From assembly GCF_009914755.1 (NCBI RefSeq), contig NC_060929.1: DNA of 64,000 nt. One strand, written 5' to 3'. Shown here one piece after another: positions 1 through 21,437 of the stretch. How positions within the stretch are numbered: the stretch's first letter is position 1; every line of letters begins with the position of its first letter. Position numbers and translations under genes: made by a program. Below the pieces are notes generated by a model that worked only from the letters and a program-made list of their open reading frames with translations, was not told the DNA's origin and did not search any database. This DNA comes from the human T2T-CHM13v2.0 reference genome, Homo sapiens.

Positions 1-225
1 TGAGACTTGCATGACCGGAAGGAAGCAGTCACAAGAACATCGGGGAGAAAAAGAGTTCCAGGCAGAGGGAACAGCCAAGGCAAGAGCACTGAGGTAGGAG
101 TGAAGTTGGCATGCTCAGGGCAGAGCAGGAGGGCCTTTGTGGCTTCAGCAGAGTGAGAGAAAGAGGGGCATAGAGTGCAGTTGGAGAGACCATGTGCAGT
201 TTTGTGGGCCACAGTAGGCCGTCTG
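1..225 (-). mobile_element. L2 LINE fragment
   Basis: gttccaggcagagggaacagc..aaggc..ctgagg is typical antisense L2 3' region sequence. Confidence 0.7.
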
Positions 226-227
226 GA

Positions 228-279
228 TTGTATTGTATTGTATTGTATTGTATTGTATTGTATTGTATTGTATTGTATT
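228..279. repeat. (TATTG)n microsatellite, derived from the tail of the adjacent Alu
   Basis: About 10 perfect TATTG units abutting the Alu 3' end. Confidence 0.95.
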
Positions 280-565
280 TTTTGAGACGGAGTCTCGCTC
301 TGTCACCTAGGCTGGAGTGCAGTGGTGTGATCTCAGCTCACTGCAGCCTCCCCGCCCCCCAGTTCAAGAGATTCTTGTCCCTCAGCCTCCCGAGTAGCTG
401 GGATTACAGTTGCCCGCCACCACGCCCAGCTAATTTTTGTACTTTTGTAGAGACGGGGTTTCGCCCTGTTGGCCAGGCTGGTCTGGAACTCCTGACCTCA
501 GGTGATCTGCCTACCTCAGCCTCCCAAAGTGCAGGGATTACAGGTGTGAGCCACTGCACCCGGCC
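280..565 (-). mobile_element. AluS (Sx-like)
   Basis: Full dimeric Alu in antisense orientation, ending tgcacccggcc. Confidence 0.95.
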
Positions 566-594
566 GTAAGTCTGCATTTTAAATACATCAGGTA

Positions 595-693
595 ATAAGC
601 TCCATGAAGGCGGGGATTCTGCTTGTCTGATTCACTGCTGGTGCCCTGTATGTAGCAGGCACTTAGTGAATGTTTGTGAAATGAATGGATGAA
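595..693 (+). mobile_element. L2 3' end
   Basis: taagctccatgaaggc...gtagcaggcacttagtgaatgtttgtgaaatgaatg is the L2 terminus with a TGAA-type tail. Confidence 0.7.
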
Positions 694-1809
694 CAGCTTA
701 CCTTTATCTGTATCCATGTCCTAGCCACCCCTCCCCCACACAAGGTGACAGAGTAGTCTTCAACGATCACAGCTTTCAGGAGGGAGAGAAGCAGGTTGTA
801 GGAGGAGGCTGGTTGTGTTTTCTCCTAAGAGAATCCTTTGGGAGTGAGAGCCGCGCTGGCTCTGGGTGCTGACTCCTCTCCTCTCCTGTTTTCTCCCACT
901 TTCAATTCTGATCCCGTTGCTCAATTCTCTGCTCCCGCTAGGCTCTGCTCCTGACACCATTAGTCACCTCCCTCTGTTCTCAGCTTCCTTAATGAGCATC
1001 TGTCTTGCCTTCAGTCTGAAACAGGCCTGCCCCTGCCTGCTGCTTCCTGGGAAAACCAAGGTCTGGGGCGGGAGTGCAAGGCTCAGAGAAGGCTCCCAAT
1101 CTTTCTCCCTGCTCCTCACCATGCTCTGAGCAAGAGGTAGTGGGTGGGGGCAGAAAAAAGGATTACCTCTGGGCAAAGGAAGAGGTAAGTGGAAGACTGC
1201 TGAAGTTCAGGGGAAGGTTATAAAAGAGCCCTGGCTTCCCTGCTACGAAGAGTCCATGGAGGACAGAGTTGCACACTTTTCATTAACAAGACAAGGAATC
1301 GGCTGAGATGGCAGCAGAAGGAACAGAAGCAAAGCAGGGTCCAAAGAACCCATCCTTGGGGGCAGCTGAGGCCACAGGGCCTCTCCTCAGCTGAAGGCCT
1401 TTCTTGGGTTGGCCAGTCTCAGCCCTACTACTATTCTCCATGTGTGGAGGCAGGGAGGTGACAGAATAACCTCTTAAGGGCTCTGCCAAACACCAGAGAA
1501 CACTTGATTGAGATTCCTTGACTGTTGTTCTCTCTGAGGCAGCCCTGGGCAAGCAAGGGGCTCAGCAAGGGGCCAAGGTGATAGGGGGCTTCCATGCTGC
1601 TGTGCTATAGTAAGAGGTTGTTCCACCAGGGGCCTGCAGAAAAAAGGTGGCTCCTTCAGAGGGTAAGCTGAGGAGAGGCTAATGAAAAGACTAGTGACAG
1701 GCGACTGGGGCTGCAGGAAACTACGAGGGCCGGGAGGCACCCAGGGCCTGGCTGCAGAAGAAAGCCCTTAGCACCTGGAGGCTGGAAGGGGTAAGAGGAG
1801 GCATGGTGG

Positions 1810-2124
1810 GTTTTTTGGTTCGTTCGTTTGTTTGTTTGTTTTAAGACAGAGTCTCACTCTGTCACCCAGGCTGGAGTGCAGTGGTGCGATCTCGGCTCAC
1901 TACAACCTCCGCCTCCTGGGTTCAAGTGAGTCTTCCGCCTCAGCCTCCCGAGTAGCTGGGACTACAGGTGTGCATCACCACACCTGGCTAGTTTTTGTAT
2001 TTTTAGTGCAGATGGGGTTTTACCATGTTGGCCAGGCTGGTCTCGAACTCCTGACCTCAAGTGATCTGCCCGCCTTGGCCTCCCAAAATGCTGGGATTAC
2101 AAGTGTGAGCCACTGTGCCTGGGC
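1810..2124 (-). mobile_element. AluS (Sz/Sx-like)
   Basis: Full Alu with a (GTTT)n-type tail. Confidence 0.95.
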
Positions 2125-3021
2125 GTGGTATTGGCAGAACTTGGTGACAGCTGTGGCTGGGGGAGAGCTGTTGCCCTGTGGGAGCTGTGGCCTTCTACAG
2201 AGGAAGGCAGCTGCTGCCAACACCCAGGCCCAGCAGTGGGGCTGAGGGTGTGGAATGAGTGCCCTGACCTCTTTCTCATCCCATCAGCTAGTCTCCTGCC
2301 AGTGGCTTCCATTGGCCAAACCCAACAGGAAGCTGAGGGCAAGAAGCCAGGGCAGTAAGTCCACAGAGGTCAGCTTCCTGTGGCTCTGAGCAGGGCAGGG
2401 AAGAATGGAGAGTGAATCTAGAACCTTCTTGTCTCCTCCTCCTGATGTCACATTCTTGTAAGCCCACTCCTCCCTGGTTCCTGAAGAGCCTACAAGTCCC
2501 TTTGCAACCTGTGCTCAGAACTCATTCCACCTCTCAGACTGAGCTGGGCCAGGTCTGGACAAGGCTCAGGGAGGCTCCAACCACAAGGAGAAGATTTCGG
2601 TTGCCCTGAGTCTACCTCTGCCCCCGCTGTACAGCATCAGGATCCCAGATGGTCCCATTTTCCTCGTGCCAGGCTTTAGGAACAGGCAGGCTTGGTAATT
2701 ACACTTTCCTAACAAACCCCCGCCCCCGTTTGACTCTCTTTCAATTGCATGAAGCAGGAGGTTTCTCCCTACTTCTCCCCTGCGTGAGCACTGGCCTCTG
2801 CCTCTGATCTTCTGAAATTCCATGTGGTGTGAGGGGCCTGGGGAAGCCGGGGGAACGCCTGACCCTCTTGGCATCCTGGAGATTGAGAATGGGCTTACTG
2901 TCCATGCTTGCCATATCCCAGGAAAAGCCAAGTCCCTCCCTCCTCCCACTTTGGAACTATTAAATTATTCAGTTTCATGGGTTCACTTCTCAACACTGGC
3001 CTGGGGTTCCCACCTAGAACC

Positions 3022-3098
3022 TTTTTTTTTTTCTTGAGATGGAGTCTCGCTCTGTTGCGCAGTCTGGAGTACAACGGCGTGATCTCAGCTCACTGCAG
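3022..3098 (-). mobile_element. Severely 5'-truncated Alu with TSD
   Basis: Only the Alu 3' ~65 nt plus poly-T; flanked by ccacctagaacctt (3010-3023) and ccacttagaacctt (3099-3112). Confidence 0.9.
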
Positions 3099-3221
3099 CC
3101 ACTTAGAACCTTAACAGCCCCTTCTTCCACACCAGCTCACATCTCACCCTAACAGTCCTGAAGGCCCCTAAGGGAGGAATTTGAAGTAGACTCTGGGCTC
3201 TGAGGCCTAGGGATCCAGTCA

Positions 3222-3978
<757 letters not shown>

Positions 3979-4013
3979 ACCTCCTTGAATCTGAAATGGA
4001 ATGACATGAAAAT

Positions 4014-4133
4014 GGGACCCAGTGTAGTGGCTCACACCTGTCATCTCAGCACTTTGGGAGGACTAGGCAGGAGGATTGCTTGAGGCCAAGAGTTCAAGAC
4101 CAGCCTGGGCAACATAGCAAGACCTGTCTCTAT
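4014..4133 (+). mobile_element. FLAM / Alu left monomer
   Basis: gtagtggctcacacctgtcatctcagcactttggg...agacctgtctct. Confidence 0.85.
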
Positions 4134-4185
<52 letters not shown>

Positions 4186-4320
4186 GGAAGGAAGGAGAGA
4201 AAGAAAGAAAGAAAAGAAAGAAAGAGAAAGAAAGAAAGGAGAAAGAGAAGGAAGGAAGGAAAGAAAGAAAGAGAAAGAAAGAAGGAAGGAAGGAAGGAAA
4301 GAAAGAAAGAAGGAAGGATG
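4134..4320. repeat. Polypurine (GAAA/GA/GGAA)n tract
   Basis: About 185 bp of almost pure purines. Confidence 0.95.
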
Positions 4321-5215
4321 GAATTAATGTATCCCCAAGGCGGCACCATAAAGGGATTGTTCCATAGCCCTTGATTTCAATGTCCTGCTTCCTCCTATTT
4401 CTGGGACAGCCTCTTTAGCATTTTCTTTGATTCTGTGAGCCACCCTCATTTCTTTCTAATACGATCATTTTTTGCTTAAGTTAGCTAGAGTTTTTCTGTT
4501 GCTGGAAACCAAAGCCTCCTCACCCATACAAATTTCACCTTCTTAGAGGAGCAGAGGGATATGCCCCTGTGGTGGGCTCATATTTGGAGTCTCTGGCAGG
4601 GGTTCAAATCTCACCTGGTCCTGGAATGAGAGGAAAGAGAGCCCTGCTGCTAGTGGGTGCTGTCACACCTCGCCTCAGGCCAGTCTTTGTGGCCAGTTTT
4701 GCCAGGATCCACTCCCAGCCTAACCTCCAGGTCTCAACACTGAGCCCACAGCCTGAAATAGCTAAGTTTACCCCCATGACTCCCTATCACAAGTGCTACA
4801 AATGGCTCAGGCTGGTGTCATGGTTATTTTCCACAAATAGCCATCTCATTCCTGTGCTGTGCCCTTGCTCGTGGTGTTCTGGGACACCTTATCTCAGGGT
4901 AAGCTGGGCCCCCCGTGCCCTCTGCCCCGGCCCCTCCCGTGCCTTCAGACCTTAGGCCACATCCTGCCTCTTCTGAACCAACACTTCACTGGGTTCCCTC
5001 TGATGTGGGATGGGCAGAGCAAGTGATTTGTGTGGTTGAGCTCTGTTTCCTTTGTAGACTTTAGTCTTTGAGGACTTGACTACAAGCTCCAAGTGCCTTG
5101 TTACTTTTCTTGCTTGGACCTCAGTGTCAAGCAGGAGGCTGGGCACACAGTGAATGATCATGTTGATTTCTCCACCCATAGTTTGAAAATTGTTCCCACC
5201 CTGTGATTCATATTC

Positions 5216-5320
5216 TTCATTCATTCATTTACACATTTATCAAGCACCTACTAAGTGTGGGTTCTGCCCTAAGTGCTGGAGGTACACACTGAATAAAACA
5301 TAGCCGAGGAATTCAGTCTC
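5216..5320 (-). mobile_element. L2 3' end
   Basis: ttcattcattcatt..acatttatcaagcacctacta..gtgctgga..gaataaaaca. Confidence 0.7.
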
Positions 5321-5784
5321 ATGGTGAAGATTTATTGAGAATTAATTGTAGCAGAATGACCTATTGAGGAAATAACCATGTCTAGTTTTTCTCAGCTGCA
5401 GGCTCACCTAAAAAGAATGAAAGGCATTTCATCCCTGGGGCGAGGGGCAGGAGAGAACCAGGCTTCATGTCCTTGAAGTGTGGACTTTCTTGACCCCCAT
5501 GAGGATTGGTGTAGTTCAGAGTAGAAAAGAGAAGCTGCAAGCAGCAGGATACCCAGAAGACAACTTCCAAACAGACGTTTTAAACAAAGATTAGGATTGG
5601 AGGCTTAATGCTTCCCAGATTAAAGTGGGATGGTCTCAACTCAGGAGGGTTAGTTGGAACTCTCAAGATCAGAAAGGGAATGAAGGTATGAATTCCATCG
5701 ATGGCAGAAACCTGCACTCATGAGGATGCATCCTCTGAGATGGGAGGACCTAGGAGGAAGAATATTTGGGTGACCACATGTGTG

Positions 5785-5990
5785 ATAATAATAATAGACA
5801 GCATTTAGTGCATACTTACTGTGCGCCAGGAGGCACTGTGTTAAGCATGTTGTACGTATTCACTTATTTCTCACAAGAACCCTGTGAAGTAGGTACTATC
5901 ATTGTTTCCATTTGACAGATAAGGCAAAGAAAGATTAAGTGAACTTCCTAAGGTTATGGATCCAAGAATCAAACCCAGGCGATCAGATTT
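5785..5990 (-). mobile_element. MIR
   Basis: catttagtgcatacttactgtgcgccagg..cactgtgttaagc..aaccctgtgaagtaggtactat..ccatttgacagataagg. Confidence 0.8.
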
Positions 5991-6218
5991 CACTGAGGGC
6001 CATGTATGCCTATGAGGGCTGAGCACAAAGGGCTATAGTTTTGGGAGCCTTTGTTCTCAAAGGACACCATGACTGAACTTGTCACAGAGGAGGTGGGGCT
6101 GCAGCCCCCACCTGCAGATGTGCTTCACAACCAGGCCGGGCATACATATTAGCTGTGGCAACTGGCCACAGCCGATGGCCAGTACTGAAGGACATGGTAA
6201 TCTTGGTAAGAAGGGGCT

Positions 6219-6656
6219 TGTATCAGTTAACCATAGTCCCAGTAATGAGTGCGGTAGAACAATCACAAAATTTCAGCAGCATACAACAGTGTTTATTTAG
6301 TGCATGTGTTTGGGGACCAGCTGGGGTTCATTGCTATAGGCCAGCTTTGGCTGGCATGGGTTGGCACCACTCTATGTGTCCCTCATCCTCCTTTCATGAC
6401 CAGCAGGCCAGCCAGGGGACATTCATGGAGATGGCAGAAGTACCCCAGCAACAGTCCCAGTGTGCACGCCCATTTTAAACCTCTGCTCATGTCACATCTG
6501 CTAAAATACTGCTGCTCATGGCAAGTCACATGGCTGAGCCGAGGCAAGGTATGGAGAAATCCACCCTGCTCACAGTTACTGGGTAAAGAATGTGGATAGA
6601 TAACCCTATTACCCAGGAGGGGGTGAAGAGATGGAAGCAAAATCTAGCATTCCACA
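6219..6656 (-). mobile_element. MLT1 (MaLR) solo LTR
   Basis: tgtatcagtta..aaaatttcagcagc..tttattt; atggcaagtcacatggctgagcc. Confidence 0.65.
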
Positions 6657-6852
6657 AAACTTAAACTGGATTTAATTTTGATTTCAAGAGAGAATGAAAT
6701 GCTACGTTATGTTGTGGAGCAGTTCATGCTTGTTATAAAATCTATCTTCGGGGACCACAAATTTTACCATGAGAATATTTAAATTTTAGTTTTTATTTTA
6801 GTGAAAATCTTAAAATAACTTTTAGCAAGAACATATTTTGGGTGGTCTAGAA

Positions 6853-7495
6853 CAGCGGTCCCCAACTTTTTTGGCATCAGGGACTGGTTTCGTGGAAGAC
6901 AATTTTTCCACAGACGGAGGGAGGTTTTAGGATGAAACTGTACTCAGGCATTAGATTCTCATAAGGAGCGCACAACCTAGACCCCTCGCCTGTGCAGTTC
7001 ACGATAGGGTTCGCGCTCCTATGAGACTCTAAGGCCGGTTGGAGCGTGGCTCACGCCTGTAATCCCAGCACTTTGGGAGGCCGAGGTGGGTGGATCACAA
7101 GGTCAGGAGTTCAAGACCAGTCTGACCAACATGGTGAAACCCCCTCTCTGCTAAAAATACAAAAAATTAGCTGGTTGTGGTGGCGGGTGCCTATAATCCC
7201 AGCTACTTGGGAGGCTGAGGCAGGAGAGTTGCTTGAACCTGGGAGGTGGAGGTTGCAGTGAGCCGAGATTGCATGCCACTGCACCCCAGCCTGGTCAGCA
7301 GAGCAAAACTCCATCTCAAAAAAAAAAAAAAAAAAAAAAAGGAGAAAGAAGAATCGAATGCCACTGTGACCTGACAGGAGGCAGAGCTCAGGCTGTAATG
7401 CTTACTTGCCCACCACTCACCTCCTGCTGTGCAGCCCAGTTCCTAACAGGCCAGGGACTGGTACCGGTCCGCAGCCTAGTGGTTAGAGACCCCTG
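6853..7495. mobile_element. MER1B (hAT-Charlie MITE), split by an Alu
   Basis: TIRs cagcggtccccaac / ggttagagacccctg; 8-bp TSD gtctagaa/gcctagaa; ggtttcgtggaagacaatttttccac core. Confidence 0.9.
7033..7340 (+). mobile_element. AluS (Sg-like)
   Basis: Full Alu with poly-A inside MER1B. Confidence 0.95.
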
Positions 7496-7575
7496 GCCTA
7501 GAAGACTATGGTAGTTTGGTAGTTGCCTTACAGTTTTCAGAGCCCCAGTGATCTGCTACAGTGCCAGCATTTAAC

Positions 7576-7903
<328 letters not shown>

Positions 7904-8344
7904 TAACTTTTCAGTGCAGCTTTCTCAAACCAAGACCTGTATTCTCAGGGAGCCATGCATTTCCAAGGTTGGAAAACTTTGGTGAGAATGATACACAGCA
8001 GACAATATATAGAAAAGGCCCAGAGACAGAGGCATTTAAAGGTGAGGGGGCCTAGGACAGCTATGGGGTCTCTGGGCAGGGTTTATGGTGCTCTGCAGAG
8101 AAGCACTGGTAGCATTTGAATAGGTCTTGAAGGATGGCAGAGTGGGGTCCTGGGGATCTCCAGGTTCCTTCTTCTCTGAGTGGACATATCAGATACTTGT
8201 CTCTAGGGCTTCTGGACCACAGCCTTGTCCTTCACCTCACATCTATGCTACTGGCTATAGCATTTGAAGGAGAGGCTGAGGAGTATAATGGCTGAACTTT
8301 CTGGCTTTGGAGCCAAGTCAACCAGGGTTCAAATCTTGACTTCA

Positions 8345-8636
8345 GGACGGACGTGATGTCTCACCCCTGTAATCCCAGCACTTTGGGAGGCTGAGGCAAG
8401 CTGATCTCTTGAGCTCAGGAGTTTTGAGACCAGCCTGGCCAACATGGTGAAACCCCATCTCTACAAAAAATACAAAAAATTAGCTGGGCACGGTGGTGTG
8501 TGCCTGTGGTACTTGGGAGGCTGAGGTGGGAGGATCACTTGAGCCTTGGAAGTGGAGGTTGCAGTGAGCCAAGATGATGCCACTGTACTCCAGCCTAGGT
8601 GACAGAGCCAGACCCTGTCAAAAAAAAAAAAAAAAA
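8345..8636 (+). mobile_element. AluJ
   Basis: Full Alu; TSD aaatcttg(a/g)ctt. Confidence 0.9.
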
Positions 8637-8747
8637 TCTTGGCTTTGACATTTACTAGCTCTGAGCCCTTAGGCAGGTTGCTTGATTTCTTGGAGCCCGT
8701 TTCCTCATCTGAAGATGGGAATTATAACACTCTCCTGGGGTGTTTTA

Positions 8748-9043
<296 letters not shown>

Positions 9044-9054
9044 AGATTAGAACT

Positions 9055-9585
9055 TGCCAGTGAAGCCTGAGATTTTCTTCCTGGAGCATGTTTGACTTCT
9101 GATTTCATTTCCTTAATGGTTATAGGATTATCCTGATTCCTGTGTCAAGGTGAGTCAGTTTTGCTAAGTTATGTATTCAACCAATTTGTCTATTTCGAAT
9201 ATACCCTTCAGTTTTATTGGCACAAAATTATTCACAATATCCTCTTATTTTATTTTTAATGCCTGTAACATCCATAGCAATACCTTTCTTTTCATTCCTG
9301 ACTTTGAATATTTTTGCCTTCTTTCAACTTTTTCTTCATCATTATCACCAGGGATTTATCAATTTTCACACAATTGGCTTGTGGCTAGCTTAGCTGATCC
9401 TCTCTGCTGCATGTTAGTTTTCTGTTTCTTCAATTTCTGTTCTCCACTTTGTCATTTCCTTCCCTCTACTTTGAGTTTATTTGCTGTGTCTTTTTTTCTA
9501 ATTTATTAAGATAAATTCTTAGCTCATTAATTTTCAATCTTTTTTCTTTTCTAAGACGTGCATTTAAGGTTATACGTTTCCTTTT
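9055..9585 (-). mobile_element. Old L1M ORF2-region fragment
   Basis: T-rich antisense L1 sequence (ccagtgaagcc.., ttttgctaagttatgt.., gcatttaaggttatacgtttcc). Confidence 0.7.
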
Positions 9586-9957
9586 GGAGGCTTAAATGAA
9601 AAACAAAAATACATTTAAATGCCTGCTCCCAAATAGGCACTCAGTAAATATCTTATCTTCACCATCAACATCATTATGCCGCATCATATGAGATGGGACC
9701 CCAGCACAGTTTGCAGCTCTCTTGCTCTCTGATGCGATATGTATTCACTGAGTGTTCGCCAGGGGACTCTCTGAGGACTCATTCTGGGCCTCAGGTAACT
9801 TCTCTTTTTGGGTCTTCGGGAGGCTTCCTCCACAGGGTAAGGCAGGGCACAGACAGGAGCATGTGCTTTTGGCCCCATCATCCTTGGGGACCTTAGGCCT
9901 TGTTCTCTTGGGATGGTTGGCAAGTCCATGGGAAGTATGAATTCTAACCTGCAAGCC

Positions 9958-10873
9958 TTTGGCAAATTAAATTTTCTAAAAATGTTCACAATAATATCTC
10001 CCATCCTACATGCTCTTCTAGAACTTTGTTCTTCCCCCATCAAGAGATAGGGTTTAATTCTCCTCCCCTTGAGTCTGGTGGGCTTATGTCTCCTTTGTAA
10101 CTAATAAATTGCAGCAGAAGTAATGCTGAGAGGCTGGGTGCTGTGGCTCATTCCTGTAATCCCAGCACTTTGGGAGGCCGAGGCCAGCAGATCACCTGAG
10201 TTCAGGAGTTCAAGACCAGCCTGGGCAACATGGCAAAACCCCAACTCTACTAAAAATACACAAATTAGCTGGGTGTGGTGGCACGCGCCTGTAATCCCAG
10301 CTACTCAGGAGGCTGAGGCAGGAGAATTGCTTGAACCCGGGAGGGAGAGGTTGCAGCGAGCCGAGATCACCACTGCACTCCAGCCTAGGCAACAGAGCAA
10401 GACTCTGTCTCAAAAAAAAAAAAAAAAAAGTAATGCTGAGAAACTTCTGAGGCTTGGAGCAAAAAAGGTGATGCAGCTTCCTCTTTGGTAGCTGAAAAAC
10501 TCATGATTAGATACTGAATTGCCACATGGGAAGTCTGACTATTCTACAGCCGCCATATTGTGAGGAAGCCAAACCATCCAGAGAGGCCACATGTAGGCAC
10601 TCTGGCCTGCAGTCCTAATCTTCCAGTCAACCCAGCCCAGGAACCAGACATGTTAGTGACTGAACCTTCAGTGATTCCAGCCCCAGTTGTTGAGAGACCC
10701 ACATCCTTTGAATCTTGCCAGCTGAGGCCCCAGATGTTATAGAACAGAGACAACCCACCCTCCACTGTACCCTGTCTAAATTCTTGACCCAGGGAATCAT
10801 GAGCACAAAAAAATGATTGTTCTAAGCTCTCAGCTATCAAATATTTTGCTACACAGCAATAAATAATTGGAAT
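9958..10873 (+). mobile_element. MLT1E/F/G-type solo LTR, split by an Alu
   Basis: tctcctccccttgagtctgg; gccatattgtgaggaagcc; ttttgctacacagcaataaataa terminus. Confidence 0.8.
10132..10429 (+). mobile_element. AluS
   Basis: Full Alu; TSD aagtaatgctgaga. Confidence 0.95.
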
Positions 10874-11189
10874 GATGCTAATTGTATTGTTTGGTACCCT
10901 ACTCCTCCACCAGAATCCTTCAACCCCCATCACATTTCATAGTCTCTGGACTTCGCACTTAGAGACCCAAACAAAGTTTGAAGATGCAAAGCACAGTAAA
11001 GATCTTTTGCAGGAGAACTGTGGGAGCAAAGATGGCAATGGAAATTTCTCTGATCCTATCGACTTTCTGGACTGAATGCTCCTAAGACCCTTGTTCCCAA
11101 CATTTCCAAGTGCTAAGACCTCCTTTGTCTCATCAAAAAGCCTGGGTGTCCCTCATATGATATTGGCTGTACTTTCAGTACAGCCAATA

Positions 11190-11312
11190 GATAGCTATTA
11201 TTTATTGGGACCTTACACAAGTACCAGGCACTGTGCTAAGTATTTTACATATATTATCCTCATAAGAAACCTGTGGTTGTTTTTATTCCCATTTTGCAGA
11301 TGTGAAGTGAGG
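11190..11312 (-). mobile_element. MIR
   Basis: atttattggg..ccaggcactgtgctaag..cccattttgcagatg. Confidence 0.75.
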
Positions 11313-11426
11313 TAGTCAGATTACCCTGGCAGTCTGTTCTGCATATCAAATGCAAAGCTCACAGAGTCTGTAGGATGGTATCCTGATATGACACTGCATA
11401 GTGATGATGATGGTGATATTTATTGA

Positions 11427-12245
<819 letters not shown>

Positions 12246-12264
12246 TACTTGGCATTACAGAACT

Positions 12265-12998
<734 letters not shown>

Positions 12999-13581
12999 TC
13001 ATATAAGCTCTCCACCTTCCAGGCCTGAGATGGGTCCTGGCACCTACTGAGATTTTTGACATTGGAGGCTCCCATGGGAGGATTCCTCTGCCTCCCCTGA
13101 GGCAGGACCACCAAGGTCCGTGGCCAGCAGCAGGGTCCTGAGCTCCACTTGTGCCTTCAGGCAGGCCCCTCCTGGGCAGTGGGAGGCCTCCTTGTGGCTC
13201 TGACTCTTCTCCTGGTACATCCTAGTCAGACTATTTATTTCCATGCTTCCAGCAGGCTGCAGGGCATTAATGATTAAAAGTGCAAGCCTGCCCAGAGCCA
13301 GTATCAATTAGACCACACGCCCACCATGCTGGAAGCTCATTAACTCCAACAAGCTAGGACCCACTCTCACAAAATTTTTCCCATCTGTGTACTGGATTTG
13401 ATAGCTACAAAGAAAACCATCAAGACTGTGATAAAATTAATTTTACTGATCATCACATTTTTATCACATAATAACAAGCAGAAAGTTTGTTACATAAATA
13501 TTTAACTCAAATCATTCCTGTAATAATAAGCAGAATAGAAAAAACACAATGAAATTCATACTGTAATGAATGAAACTGTAA

Positions 13582-13855
<274 letters not shown>

Positions 13856-14331
13856 GGGATCTTATTCTACACAAAACAAACAAAAATTAATTTTGCTGTT
13901 ACAGAAGAGAGAAGCCAGCAGGGTAAAGACTGAGGCGTCCCTTTGCAAGCATGGGCGCTGCACCAACCAGGTTATTTGGTCCATCTGCCTGCCTTTAGGA
14001 AGACCCCTTTTGGGTTTTAACATCTCCTAGCTTGGAAGCATCCTCTGGATAACAGGCTGGCTGAAGCAGGCAGAGGAAACAAACAAACCGTAGAAACCTT
14101 TTTAAGAACATTAGAAGCATAATTCCCAACAGGACTTTGAGACGAGGCATTGAGAGAGAAAAGCTGATGTTGGGCTAACATCTGGGTTTGATCAAGCCAG
14201 GAAGGGCAGAAGAGTCCAGCAAAAAAAGCCTGCCCACTCTCAACTCACTAGCAATTACAGGCACTTCCCTAGTTCAGAAACCCCTTGCTGGGGAGCTAGA
14301 TTGCTGGGGTGGGATATTCTGTAACCTCTTA

Positions 14332-14608
<277 letters not shown>

Positions 14609-15107
14609 ATATATTTCCTCCTAATTCCCCTACTTCAGGCTAACTAAACCATCCACCTTTCCTATCTAAGCATTCTACTTTTCCTCTTCTATGCCTTTCT
14701 CTTGCTGTTCCTTTGCTAGAATGCCCTGCCTTCTTCTATAACCATCAAGATCCTCTAATTCTAGGTCATAACTCAAAAGCCGTTTCCTCCAAGAAGTCTT
14801 CTGTGATCTCCCCAACTGGAAAGTCTTGCTCTACCTTTGTATTCCTAATGCCCTAGATCATAAGACTCTGACCTCTTCCTTCCTTCCTTTTTTTTTTTTT
14901 AAATTATACTTTAAGTTTTACGGTACATGTGCACAACGTGCAGGTTTGTTACATATGTATGCATGTGCCATGTTGGTGTGCTGCACCCATTAACTCGTCA
15001 TTAAGCATTAGGTATATCTCCTAATGCTATCCCTCCCCACTCCCCCCACCCCACAACAGTCCCCGGTGTATGATGTTCCCCTTCCTGTGTCCATGTGTTC
15101 TCATTGT

Positions 15108-18949
<3,842 letters not shown>

Positions 18950-18997
18950 TTATTTTGCTCGTTAGTTGATGCAGTTTCTTCCTAGCCTTGATGGTCT

Positions 18998-20013
18998 TTA
19001 CAATTTGGCATGTTTTTGCAGTGGTTGGTACCGGTTGTTCCTTTCCATGTTTAGTGCTTCCTTCAGGAGCTCTCTTAGGGCAGGCCCGGTGGTGACAAAA
19101 TCTCTCAGCATTTGTTTGTCTGTAAAGTATTTTATTTCTCCTTCACTTATGAAGCTTAATTTGGCTGGATATGAAATTCTGGGTTGAAAATTCTTTTCTT
19201 TAAGAATGTTGAATATTGGCCCCCACTCTCTTCTGGCTTGTAGAGTTTCTGCGGAGAGATCAGCTGTTAGTCTGATGGGCTTTCCTTTGTGGGTAACCCG
19301 ACCTTTCTCTCTGGCTGCCCTTAACATTTTTTCCTTCATTTCAACTTTGGTGAATCTGACAATTACGTGTCTTGGAGTTGCTCTTCTCGAGGAGTATCTT
19401 TGTGGTGTTCTCTGTATTTCCTGAGTTTGAATGTTGGCCTGCCTTGCTAGACTGGGGAAGTTCTCCTGGATAATATCCTGCAGAGTGTTTTCCAACTTGG
19501 TTCCATTCTCCCCATCACTTTCAGGCACATCAATTAGATGTAGATTTGGTCTTTTCATATAGTCCCATATTTCTTGGAGGCTTTGTTGGTTTCTTTTTAT
19601 TCTTTTTTCTCTAAACTTCTCTTCACGCTTCATTTCATTCATTTCGTCTTCCATCGCTGATACCCTTTCTTCCAGTTGATCACATCAGTTACTGAGGATT
19701 GTGCATTCGTCACGTAGTTCTCGTGCCATGGTTTTCAGCTCCATCAGGTCCTTTAAGGACTTCTCTGCATTGGTTATTCTAGTTATCCATTCGTCTAATT
19801 TTTTTTCAAAGTTTTTAACTTCTTTGCCATTGGTTCGAACTTCCTCCTTTAGCTTGGAGTAGTTTGATCTTCTGAAGCCTTCCTCTCTCAACTCGTCAAA
19901 GTCATTCTCTGTCCAGCTTTGTTCCATGCTGGTGAGGAGCTGCGTTCCTTTGGAGGAGGAGAGGCGCTCTGATTTTTAGAGTTTCTGGTTTTTCTCCTCT
20001 GTTTTTTCCCCAT
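18998..20013 (-). pseudogene. L1 ORF1 (RNA-binding protein), disrupted
   Basis: ATGGGGAAAAAACAG start at 20013; span is 1016 nt versus 1017 expected (1-bp deletion near 19926); CGA>TGA stop at 19685-19687; C-terminal 218 aa open, ending YQPLQKHAKL. Confidence 0.95.
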
Positions 20014-21365
<1,352 letters not shown>

Positions 21366-21437
21366 TAGTATATGAAGGGCATTCATTTACTTCTACCCTT
21401 TTGTGATGATTATATCTTCTAGCTATTCACTTCTCTC

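Noticed and set aside
1181-1226. Perfect splice donor (GAG|GTAAGT at 1185) and TATAAAAG (1219-1226)
   Set aside because: These are isolated short motifs expected by chance in 64 kb; there is no convincing paired acceptor/ORF or CpG-rich promoter context.
1621-1636. CTCF-like ccaccaggggcc
   Set aside because: It is one G short of the core spacing (CCACCAGGGGGC), so the match is poor.
4041-4374. Lys/Glu/Arg-rich and Phe/Leu/Ser-rich ORFs (also 29435-29717 and 59988-60188)
   Set aside because: These are artefacts of purine/pyrimidine simple repeats, which lack stop codons.
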